NCBI GenBank assembly: GCA_964016885.1
Contig: OZ024741.1
Location: 221,960,001-222,024,000 of the forward strand
Reading direction: 5' to 3'
Origin: Eledone cirrhosa
Taxonomy: Eukaryota
DNA: 64,000 bases
Shown: positions 63,874 to 64,000 of the stretch, in pieces
How positions within the stretch are numbered: the stretch's first letter is position 1
Layout: each line of letters starts with the position of its first letter
Made by a program: the position numbers and the translations under genes
Notes under the pieces: generated by a model
What the model was told of the DNA's origin: nothing
The model's database searches: none
The model's input: only the letters and a program-made list of their open reading frames with translations

Positions 63874-64000
63874 GTAAGAATCTTTTGTTAATTTTTGGCA
63901 TGTTTTTATTTACTTTATTTTTGCATCTTCGTCATCATCATCATCATCATTTTGTCTGCCTTCCATGCTAGCATGGGTTGGACGTGTGTCTCAGTTCATG

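Overview
AT-rich, repeat-dense animal genomic DNA. The repeat families suggest a cephalopod such as octopus (inference). The host gene is a + strand BRCA1 orthologue. Eight phase-consistent GT-AG coding exons (18742-63873, 3840 nt = 1280 codons) give an N-terminal C3HC4 RING and a large disordered region, and the gene runs off the right edge before any BRCT domain. Its introns and upstream region hold RTE LINEs with a PHD finger inside the RT, Penelope-like elements with hammerhead ribozyme motifs, CRE, R4/Dong and CR1 fragments, Helitrons, TTAA MITEs and tRNA-derived SINEs. The most unusual feature is upstream. A complete hAT/Buster transposon (3291-8634, 8-bp TSD) contains a nested Merlin-derived foldback element (5439-7378, GG termini, 8-bp TSD). 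Its ~820-840 bp inverted arms each carry what appears to be a captured RMND5/GID2 first coding exon with its splice donor, and they flank a Merlin transposase remnant: a Pack-MULE-like gene-capturing Merlin. Boundaries of degraded repeats are approximate. All identifications come from reading motifs, not from database searches.
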